Source: Eledone cirrhosa
Taxonomy: Eukaryota
DNA: 64,000 nucleotides
Assembly: GCA_964016885.1 (NCBI GenBank)
Contig: OZ024740.1
Location: 245,830,001 to 245,894,000 of the forward strand
Reading direction: 5' to 3'
Shown: one piece after another, positions 53,741 through 64,000 of the stretch
How positions within the stretch are numbered: the stretch's first letter is position 1
How the letters are laid out: each line of letters begins with the position of its first letter
Program-made: the position numbers and the translations under genes
Notes under the pieces: model-generated
Database searches by the model: none
What the model was told of the DNA's origin: nothing
Seen by the model: the letters and a program-made list of their open reading frames with translations, nothing else

Positions 53741-53772
<32 letters not shown>

Positions 53773-53773
53773 G

Positions 53774-53808
<35 letters not shown>

Positions 53809-54830
53809 ATGGAATTAAATAAGTAAATAAATAAAATTAGATAACATGAAATGAAATAAAATAAAATAAAATGAAATAAAGTAAATTGAGATAAGATATA
53901 TATTTTTTTAGAATATATCTCTTGAATATATCAGGGGCCCACAAAGGCACTAAGTGTCACAGTTATGTGTATCACTTGACCATTTTTTTAAAATATATTT
54001 CTTGAAAATATCAGGGGCCCACGAAGGCACTAAGTGTCACAGTCACCAGTATCACTTGACCATTGCAAGGCAATGGAGGCGTCCCAGGTTGGGCAGTCTC
54101 AAAAGTTCACTCGAAAGTCACGGGTGTGCATTCACACAGTTGAGCGGTGGGGTAATCACAAACCGGTTCACACCCGGGCAGGAGTCCAATGGTCAGAGAG
54201 AGGTGCATCGAAGGAAGGTAGGAGAATTCACGTGCATTAGCAAGCGAGGTGCAGGCGGGTTAGCCAAAGCAAGCAGACACAGTTGGAGCGCATACAAAAG
54301 ATATATAAAAAGACAGAAGATATATAAAAAATAGCTTCAAGAGCCATTAAGTCACCGCATTGGGACATCACAAGATTGTACACATCAATATGTTCAGCAC
54401 GTATATGCACACATACACACCACATGCATATGCAGAGACGGTATACATATATATATATATATTTTTTTATATACAGACATATACAACCACCTACATCCAT
54501 ACACATATAAATGTATACACAGACACACACGCACACACAGCGTAGGACACCCGGGTCAAAGCTGATATTAAACACCGAAATACCACATTAGGCCAGACCC
54601 ACCACCACGGATAATACATTCAAAATAAATACATACGATGAGATGTAGTAAAATAAAGTTGAAATCCTACGGAGATAATCATGTCCGCACGTACGTGCCA
54701 TTGCCCGATTCAAGTGTACACAGACCGTTAGTAACTACGGAGGGCTATCGGGGCCAAAACGTTACTTTTGGGATCATAACAACGACCGTCAATATATGGA
54801 AGGCCGATCGTGCTAGAAAGACTATATATA

Positions 54831-54910
<80 letters not shown>

Positions 54911-55020
54911 GCATGTATATATATGCATATATATATATCTATATACATATATATATATCTATATACATATATATATGTATATATAAGTATATATATATGT
55001 ATATATACGTATATATATAC

Positions 55021-55983
55021 ATCATCATCATCATCATCATCGTTTAACGTCCATATTCCACGCTTGCATGGGTTTGGACGGGGGTTTTCCCACTTGAGGC
55101 AAGAGTGGTTGTCTTGCTCGCATAGGACTGTCTGGCGGGTTTTCTACGGCTGGATGCTCTTCCTAACACCAACCACATTTACAGTGTGGAATTGGGAGGT
55201 TTTTACCGTGTTACCTACACGGCCACGTTATAGCGTGGACTGTGTGTTTTTTTGTTGTGACACCTACACGACCTCATTTGTTTCGGGCTGGATGTTGTGA
55301 CACCAACATAACTTTACATTGAAGGGGTGGTGTGGATGGGATGTGGGTAGTGGGACGGGGTGTATTTTGTTAGAGGTGCCTACTGACTGTAGTAGGTTTC
55401 TCTTTGTACTAAGGTAAGGCGGGTCTTCTCTATTACTGTGTAGCGCCAAAGCTCTCGGTCCAGTGACATTGTCTTGGAGAGGTGTAAGTGTGTGAGGTCG
55501 GAATTTATCAAGTCGTCCCAGGTTTTTCTGGGTCTGCCTACTCCGTGGCTACCGTCTATCTTTATTGCCCTGCACTTTGTTATACAGCTGTCGTCTTTCA
55601 TGCGCATCACGTGACCATACCAGTCTTCTCTCGAGTAAACAACATCTGATCCCTCTTATTTCTAATTTCTCCCTTAGTACGTTTATGCTTTGCCGTTCAC
55701 GTATATTACTATTACACATCCAACGAAGCATGCAAGCTTCGTTTCTCTCCAGTCTGCGTATATCCTCTGCACACAATGCCAGGTCTCACTGCCATGTAAC
55801 ATTGCTGTTCGTATCCAGGCATCATACAGCCTGCCTTTCATTTTTAGAGAGAACTCTTTAGCGACCAATAGTGGTATAAGCTCTCTGAACTTTTTCCATC
55901 CCGTTCTGACTCTAGCTACTGTACTTTCAGAGCACCCTCCCCCACTGCTGATTTTATCACCCAGGTAACGGAAGCTGTCCACA
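55021..55983 (-). mobile_element. RTE family A 3' fragment
   Basis: (ATC)n tail; DSFRYLG...GRPRKTW. Confidence 0.92.
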
Positions 55984-56222
55984 TATATATATATATATAT
56001 ATACGTATACATATATATAAGTATGTATACGTACATACATATATGTATACAGACGTACAGTAGTATATATATATATACATACATGCGTACATATACATAT
56101 GTACATATGAGTTTACTGAACATTTATTATAATGTTCGGTTTGTTTGTAAACAAGCAGTCCGAATTAAGCCGTACAGTGTTCGGCTACCATCTTTGCCCT
56201 TTTGTTCAACACTGACAAAGGA

Positions 56223-56265
56223 ACGATGAACTAGTTTCAAGCTTATTAGCTATCGTCAGCATCGT
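56223..56265 (-). ncRNA. Type I hammerhead ribozyme (R1)
   Basis: ACGATG CTGACGA TAGCTAATAAGCTT GAAACTAGTT CATCGT. Confidence 0.87.
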
Positions 56266-56513
56266 ATACCTTCCTGTCAGATGATTGAACGTTTGAAAGT
56301 ATATATTTTCCATATGCATATTAACGGTTGAGCAGCCTAATTTGCACATCAAGTGAGTTAGTCAGCCGGGCATACCGAAAATGATAAATGGAAAAGAATG
56401 AAACGAAATTTCATTTCTCAACTCACTCGATCTGCAAATTAGGCTGCTCAGCCGTTAATATGCATAAGGAAAGTATATACTTTCAAACGTTCAATCATCT
56501 GACAGGAAGGTAT

Positions 56514-56556
56514 ACGATGTTGACGATAGTTAATAAGCTTGAAACTAGTTCATCGT
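56514..56556 (+). ncRNA. Hammerhead (R1), C3U variant
   Basis: ACGATG TTGACGA TAGTTAATAAGCTT GAAACTAGTT CATCGT. Confidence 0.78.
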
Positions 56557-56841
56557 TCCTTTGTCAGTGTTGAACAAAAGGACAACGATGGTTGCCGAAC
56601 ACTGTACGGTTTAATTCGGGCTGTTTGTTTATAAACAAACCAAGCATTATAATAAATGCTCGGTAAAAACCATACGTACATATATATATGTGTGCATGTA
56701 TGTATATATATACATACTACTGTACGTCTGTATACATATATGTATGTACATATACATACTTATATTTAAGTATCAGCTGTACTAAGAGTGAGAAATGAAA
56801 TTTCATTTCATTCTTTTCCATCTATATATATATACGTATAT

Positions 56842-59800
56842 ATCATCATCATCATCATTTTACGTCCGCTTTACCCTGCTTGCAAGGGTGGGTTGGGTCT
56901 TATTCAGCACAGCATCTCTCCACTTGTCATGGTCCTTTGTCATCTCCACTGTGAACTTCAGCAATCTGAGGTCTGCTCTCACCACCTCCTCCCATGTTTT
57001 TCATGGTCTACCTCTACCACGTCTTCCTTCAACTGGCATTTCCTGGCACTTCTTCACCCAGCGATCACCCTCCATGCGCATCACATGTCCATACCACCGC
57101 AGTCTCCTCTCTCACACACTTCAATCTAACCCTCTCAGACACAGTTTCTCTCTCAACTCATCTATGCTGGGTTGTTCAGGCACATTGATATTACACATCC
57201 AACGGAGCATGCTTGCCTCATTTTTCTCCAGCCATCGCATATCCCCTGCAGTTGCTGCCCATGTCTCACTACCATGCAGCATCGCGCTCCTCACACAGGC
57301 ATCATATAACCGGCCTTTCGTACGCAGGGAGAAACCCTTCTTCGTCAGCAGAGGAAGCAGCTCCCTAAACTTCTTCCAACCTGACTTTATTCTAGATACT
57401 ATGGCCTCAGAATACCCCCCTCCCATACTAATCTGATAACCTAGGTACTGGAAGATATCAACCACTTCTATAGCACCCACCTGCATTTGAAAAATGTGTC
57501 TATCAATGCGACTTCTACTGTCAAATTTCCCTGTACATCTACTGCATACATATTTCTCCCTACCTGTTAGTTTGCCTGCTATCCCACTACATCTCTTGTG
57601 TACCCAAGATCTGTATTGTGTGCATTTTATAGAATTTGAGCCAGTTCCTTTTCTGCATATCGAACATGGCCATTTCTCTGACGGAATCAGAGTTTTGTCC
57701 TCTTTTCTACTCAACACTTTTGTCTTAGCTAGGTTCACTCTCAGTCCTCTTGCTTCCAACTGCTGTTTCCATAGCCAGAATTTATTCTCTAGCTCCTCTA
57801 CTGATTCTGCTATAAGAGCCAGATCGTCAGCATAGAGAAGTTCCCATGGACAGTCAGTCTTAAACTCCTCTGTTATGGCTTGGAGGACTAGAATGAACAA
57901 GAGCGGGCTGAGGACCGAACCTTGATGTACTCCTACTTGTATCTGGAATCCTCACCAAACTCCATTCCTACCCTCACTTTACTGACAGCACCTCTGTACA
58001 AAGTTTGTACTGTCCTCACAAGCGATTGCTCAACCCCTAGTTTCCTTAGGGACCACCAGATGACAGATTGGGGTACCCTATCAAAGGCCTTCTCTAGGTC
58101 AACAAAGGCTAAGTATAGTGGTTTATTCTTCTCTAAGAACCTCTCTTGTAGTTGTCTCACCAAGAAGAGGTCATCAGTTGTACTTTTCCCAGGCACAAAA
58201 CCAAACTGCATCTCATCTAGTTTGACCCTCTCTCTAATTAGTTGTGCTAATATCCTTTCTGCCACTTTCATAACCTGATCCATCAGTTTTATACCCCTAT
58301 AATTGCTCCTCTCCAGAGCATCCCCTTTACCTTTGTAGCGATTTATAAGAATACTGCTGCACCAGTCTTTGGGTATGACATCGCCATATATAGCCTGATT
58401 GATGATGCGTGCAACCAGTTTAGTGCCTACGTCCCCTGATGCCTTCAGCATCTCAGCAACTATCCCCGACGGTCCAGCCATTTTTTCATTTCCTTAATCG
58501 ACTCTTGGACCCTATATTCGTCAATCTCAATAGCTGGTCCCTCTGCCGGATCTACTGAGGGTAATTTCTCTCTCTCCCATTTGTTATCCACGTTCATCAG
58601 TCTCTCATAATGACATTTCCAGGCCTCCTTTTTCTGATCATTCGTGACACTAAGTACACCGGCATCATTCCGGACACACTTATCTCCAACAACATCCTGA
58701 TTTGCAATGACACACTGCCTTGCAATGCGGAACACCACACGTCTCTGATCTTCCCATTGCAGAACATTTCTCTCTTAGCGGCTGTGTATCGGTCTCTACT
58801 TCCACCATTTTTCCAAGCATTCCATGCTAGTCTTTTGTCTCTAATGACACTATCTACCGTACTGTTCCACCACCACGTCACTCTCTATCTGGTTAGAGTT
58901 CTGCTCCAGCCACCAGTTTCTTCAGTAGCCTGCAGTAAGTTGTCACGTAAGAAATTCCAGTTATCATCTATGTCATACGACTCTAAATCGTCTTCCTTTT
59001 CGTCATACACATTTTGAAGGGCTTTCTTAAATTTGTATTTTAGTGAAAGGTCTTTTAACTTCCAGACCTTTCCTCTCCACACCTTCCTGTATGTCTCATT
59101 CCGTCTCTTGCTTATTGAGATATCACTAACGACTAACCTATGCTGTGGGGTACATTCTTCCCCAGGTTATGCCTTTTGTATTTGACACCATCTGCCTGTC
59201 CCGCTGCCTAACTAGTAAGAAGTCAATCTGGCTTATGTGCTCGCCTGATTTTTAGGTTATTAGGTGATTGGCAGGTTTCTGGAAGCTAGTGTTGCAAATG
59301 GTTAGTTCACTTGCATCACAAAATTCAAGAAGTCTCACTCATTTCTTGAGCCGTAACTCTGCCCACCATGTACCCCAGAGTAACCATTCAGGAACTGTCC
59401 AATATGACCATTGAAGTCCCCTGCTAGCATAACGATCTCACCATCCTCTGTCATTGCGGCTGTTTGTAAAAGTTGCTCGTAAAAGCAGTCTTTCTCTTCT
59501 TTACCTAGGCCTGCCTGGGGAGCATAGGCAGAGATGATTGTCAGTAGTCTCTTGTCTACAACTAATCTAAGCTTAATTATTCTATTACTAACTGGAACTA
59601 ACTTTATTGTCTTATTGATCCACCTCTCAGCCAGTAATATGCCCACCCCACCTAACCCATCATCATTACCCACCTTGAAAAGCTTATAACTAAGATGTTT
59701 GCCTGTGATTAGTCTCGTAGAAGCACCTCTCCGTCTCACCTCTTGCACACAGCACAGATCCACATGCCTTCTCTCCAGCATCTCCACTTTTTCACCAGAT

Positions 59801-60416
59801 CTACCTGTGAGAGTGCCAACATTAAGTGTTGCAACTCTGAGATGCAACATCTTTTTCCTGTCGTGCGATTGCTTGATGACGGTCGGGGGGTTCTCGCACA
59901 TGGCCTCAGCAGCCACCCCACTACCGTGTGCTGCCCTAACATGGTTAGTGTTATTGCTGTTTACGCAGTTGTTGTTGTGCGATTGCTTGATGACGGTCAG
60001 GGGATTCTCGCACATGGCCACACCAGCCACCCCACTACTGTGCACAGCCCTAACATGGTTAGTGTTATTGCTGTTTACGCAGTTGTTGCAATTCTCATTT
60101 GTTATGCTCATAGTTTTTGGCAGTAGTATATATACTGGTTGGATGCCCTTCCTAACACCAGCACCACTTTACAGCATGGACTGAGTGCTTTTATTCGTGC
60201 CACCAGCACATAAGAGGATGTCTTACTGGACTCAGGGGCCCTCTCTACCCATCCATTTTACACCATGGACTAGGTGCTTTTATTCGTGTCACCAGCACTA
60301 GAGAAGTAGTCTTACTGGACTTAGGGGACTTCTCTACCCCACACCAATTTATTCGGAGTGGTAGCTCTCCTAGACGGGTTGCCTACATTACGGCTTACAG
60401 AGTCTCCGTCTGCCCC
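56842..60416 (-). mobile_element. Probably full-length RTE LINE (family B), decayed
   Basis: Structured 5' motif, endonuclease (ATLNVGTL, CCVQEVR, SAYAPQ, GDFNGHIG), RT (YADDL) and (ATC)n tail. Confidence 0.93.
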
Positions 60417-60884
60417 TTGTCTGTTTTATGATATATTCATGAGGGAGTGGTTAGCATACAGCGTCAGGCATGTATACCGAATGTGGTAGAGGTGAGGTTA
60501 AGTGAGAACCGTAATGGCTTATACATACAATTTTAACACAAATTTTTCAACACAGTTTATCAATCACATACATAAAATATACAAATCTCTTTACGAAGTT
60601 TTCACAATTGTATAAGCCATTATACATACAAATTTGTAGATATAAATATGAACACTTATCTTTACGATGTTTTCACAATAAAGAAATTGTGTGTGTATAT
60701 ATGTATATATATAATTGTGTGTGTGTATATATATATATATAACGGCGATGAATTAGTTTTGCGAGGTTTTTTATATGAAATCATGTGTTGAAACAAATAT
60801 TGTTATACTTGGGGAGGGTCATATTTGTGTAATAATATTGCCAGAATTAATAACAGAACATATATAGATATATATATATAATTA

Positions 60885-60931
<47 letters not shown>

Positions 60932-61254
60932 GTGTGTGTATATATATATATATAATTGTGTGTGTATATATATATATATATAATTGTGTGTGTATATATA
61001 TATATATTTCCAAGAGATTTCAACATGAATAGACCTGTTATTTTTATCTAAAGACATCTTTTCCAATTCCACCCTGCCCATCCCGTCAATCTATCTTATT
61101 TCTCATTCTTTCTTCTGATAAAAGACTAGCGACTGAAACGTTAAGACCCTCTTCCTGGTATTTCAAGCGTTATCTTAATATATTCCTTCCACATACTGTA
61201 CCGATTGTGTTGTTATTTCTGTTTACCTTTTATATACACACATATATATATATA

Positions 61255-61505
61255 TCATCATCATCATTTTACGTTCAGTTTTCCCTGCTTACAAGGGTGG
61301 ACAGGTCCTATTCAGCACAGCATCTCTCCACTTGTCACGGTCCTTCGTCATCTCCTCTGTGAGTTTCAGCGATCTGAGGTCTGCTCTCACCACCTCCGCC
61401 CATGTTTTTCGTGGTCTTCCTCTACTGCGTCTTTCTTCTACTGGGATTCTTGGCACTTCTTTACCCAGCGGTCATCCTCCATACCATCACATGTCCATAC
61501 CATCT
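61255..61505 (-). mobile_element. RTE family B 3' fragment
   Basis: Matches ~56842-57095. Confidence 0.87.
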
Positions 61506-61506
61506 C

Positions 61507-61734
61507 AGAATAAGGAAATACAAAGTTTAGATGATAAAGTCCTTTATTGATAAGGCTGTGATACATATTTTGAGGACAACATTGGCTACGCAATTCGACA
61601 TAGAATCCACTGCCATGCTCTCTTCAGACAGCATCTTTGATAATAAGGTTACAATCAAGGAGCTAATCCTAAATATGTATCACAGCCTTATCAATAAAGT
61701 ACTTTATCATCTAAACTTTGTATTTCCTTATTCT
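61507..61734. repeat. Inverted repeat (~64-bp arms) enclosing a decayed hammerhead
   Basis: 61507-61570 is inverted at 61671-61734. Minus strand CTGAAGA GAGCAT...ATGTC GAATTGCGTA at ~61585-61627. Confidence 0.7.
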
Positions 61735-61870
61735 AAAAATACTCCATTACTCCTGTGTGTAAAATGCACGTTGAGTTCTCCAAGTGAATTACATCAATGT
61801 GTTTACAGTATATAAAAGAGTGTTGAGGCTTCCAAAACGACTATTTTTGTTTGTATGTATATATATATAT

Positions 61871-63120
61871 ATCATCATCATCATCATCATCATCATCGTT
61901 TAACGTCCATCTTCCATGCTAGCATGGGTTAGACGGGAGTTGTCCCTCGGGTGACCATGTCTCGCTCGTATAGGACTATCTGGCAGGTTTTCTATGGTTG
62001 GATGCCCTTCCTAACACCAACCACATTTACAGTGTGGTCTGGGAGCTTTTTACCGTGTTACCTACACAACCATATTACAGCGTGGACTGTGTTTTCTTTT
62101 TTGTTTTTTTTACCCTCCCTTTTCTTTTTCCCTTCCCTCTTTGCTTCTTTTTTTTTCCTCCTCCTTTTTCCCTTTTTTCTTTTTTTGTCGTGACACCTAC
62201 GCGATCTCATTAGTTTGGACTGGATGTTGTGGTACCAACATAACTTTATAGGGAAAGAGTGGTGTTGGCAGGAGGGGTAGTGGGTTTGAATGTATGTTTG
62301 GTTAGGAGGGGCCTACTGACTGTAGGTTAACTTTGCACGTAGGGAACGTGAGTCTTCTGTATTACTGTGTAGCGCCAAAGATCTCGGTCCAGTGACATTG
62401 TCTTAGAGAGGTGCAAGTGTGCAAGGTCGGAATTTATCATGTCGTCCCAGGTTTTTCTGGGTCTACCTACTCCGTAACTTCCCTCAATTTTGATCGCCTT
62501 GCAATTTTTTATACAGCTGTCGTCTTTCATGCGCATCACGTGACCATACCAACATAATCGTCTCTCAAGTAAACAGCATCTGATCCCTTTTATTCCTAAT
62601 TTCTCATTTAGTTTGTTTATGTTTTGCCATTCGTGTATATTACTATTATACATCCAACGGAGCATGCATGCTTCATTCCTTTCCAGTCTGCACAGGTCCT
62701 CTGCACACACTGCCCATGTCTCACTGCCATTTAACATAGCTGTTCATATACAAGCATCATACAATCTGTCTTTCATTTTTAGAGAGAAACCTTTTGTGGC
62801 CAATAGCGGTATAAGCTCTCTGAACTTTTTCCATCCCATTCTAACTCTGGCTACTGTACTTTCAGAGCACCCTCCCCCACTGCTGATTTTGTCACCCAGG
62901 TAAGGGAAAATGTCCACTATTTCTATAGAACCATCTGGGCAGTAGAAGGAGCTAGTATCCTGTGGGTACCTGCTACTTATTGCACCTGAGCATCGACCAC
63001 ATATAAAATCTACATTCTTAGATAGCTTACCTGTGATCCCACTACATCTTTTATGTACCCATACTTTGCATTTGGGACATAAAATGGAATTTCTACCTAC
63101 TCCTTTCTTACACACTGAGG
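61871..63120 (-). mobile_element. RTE family A-like 3' fragment
   Basis: [21 protein letters not shown] and (ATC)n. Confidence 0.92.
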
Positions 63121-63463
63121 TATAGATATATACATGTGTATATATGTATATATATATATGTGTGTATATATATGTGTGTGTGTGTGTATATGTATATATA
63201 TATATGTGTGTATATGTATATATATATATATATATGTGTGTATATATATGTATATATATATATATGTATGTGTGTGTGTATATATATATATATATATTTG
63301 CATATATGTATGTATATATATATAACAACTAGAAATTGATTAACATATAAATAAAGATATGAAACAATCACAGGGGATAATTTTTACAAGTGTGTAAGCA
63401 CACACAGCTAGGTAGGTAACTAAATAAAGTTAACTTAATAGATACCTTATAATATGATTAATC

Positions 63464-63496
<33 letters not shown>

Positions 63497-63591
63497 CGTT
63501 ATTCCGGGTTGAATCGGAGGTAACCACAGTAAGTAAGGTACTCAATACATAGCAGAGTATAAAGGTTTTAATATAGATGAGATTCTACAGG

Positions 63592-63644
63592 ACTAGAACT
63601 GTTTCATTCATTAGAAATCATCAGAAATCATTAGAAATCATCAG

Positions 63645-63646
<2 letters not shown>
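63592..63646 (-). ncRNA. Decayed minimal hammerhead with local tandem duplication
   Basis: CTGATGA TTTC TAAT GAAT GAAACAGTT. The 20-bp core segment is duplicated. Confidence 0.5.
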
Positions 63647-63680
<34 letters not shown>

Positions 63681-64000
63681 TAAAATGGAATCAGAATAAG
63701 AAGAAAGCAAGAACTGGGGGGGGGGGGGTTCCTTATCAGTTGTCTACTGGGGGTTTCGGATATTTCAACGCTTTAAAGACAAGATATCTACCCCCAGAGC
63801 GTTCAGTAACTGGGTAAGTTATTGGGAAAATGGAGGAGAGAGAGAAGGAAAATAGAAGGGAAAAAGGAAGAAAAGAGAAAACAGCGAAAAAAAACAACAA
63901 ACCAAGCAATGTGCGAGAAACTTAAGGTAAGAAAATACAAGACCACAGCAATAACAGAACTTAAGTTCAAGAGCGTGTGGGTGAACAAAAAGACACATCT

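Noticed and set aside
53915-54065. Local tandem duplication ATATCAGGGGCCCAC...GTGTCACAGT
   Set aside because: A simple two-copy duplication with no supportable function.
54730-54766. CTACGGA GGGC...GGCC AAAACGTTAC hammerhead-like string
   Set aside because: The core is too divergent to support a call.

Overview
Eukaryotic, repeat-saturated animal DNA, most likely an octopus or other cephalopod. This is inferred from the CORE- and Deu/Nin-type SINEs, RTE LINEs with (GAT)n tails and massive (TA)n tracts; it is not proven. Only one likely host coding segment is visible: a ~2.4 kb terminal exon (22523-24934) encoding a coiled-coil, Ser-rich protein with a C-terminal AT-hook. The rest is decayed RTE-clade LINEs (at least five families), a CR1-like LINE, tRNA-derived SINEs, a precisely delimited non-autonomous Helitron, Penelope-like elements (PLEs; RT and/or GIY-YIG) and microsatellites. 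Most short 'IYIY' ORFs are microsatellite artefacts. The main hidden signal is an RNA-structure system. About 20 intact or decayed type I hammerhead ribozyme (HHR) motifs from roughly a dozen sequence families lie in PLE 3' ends and in short non-coding retrozyme-like units. Many of these families share a covarying bulged hairpin (RCUC-stem-loop-stem-UU-GAGY) downstream of the ribozyme, a candidate common replication or recognition signal. The RTE/SINE UTRs also carry tandem covarying H-type pseudoknots. All RNA folds were made by eye, and element boundaries are approximate unless stated.
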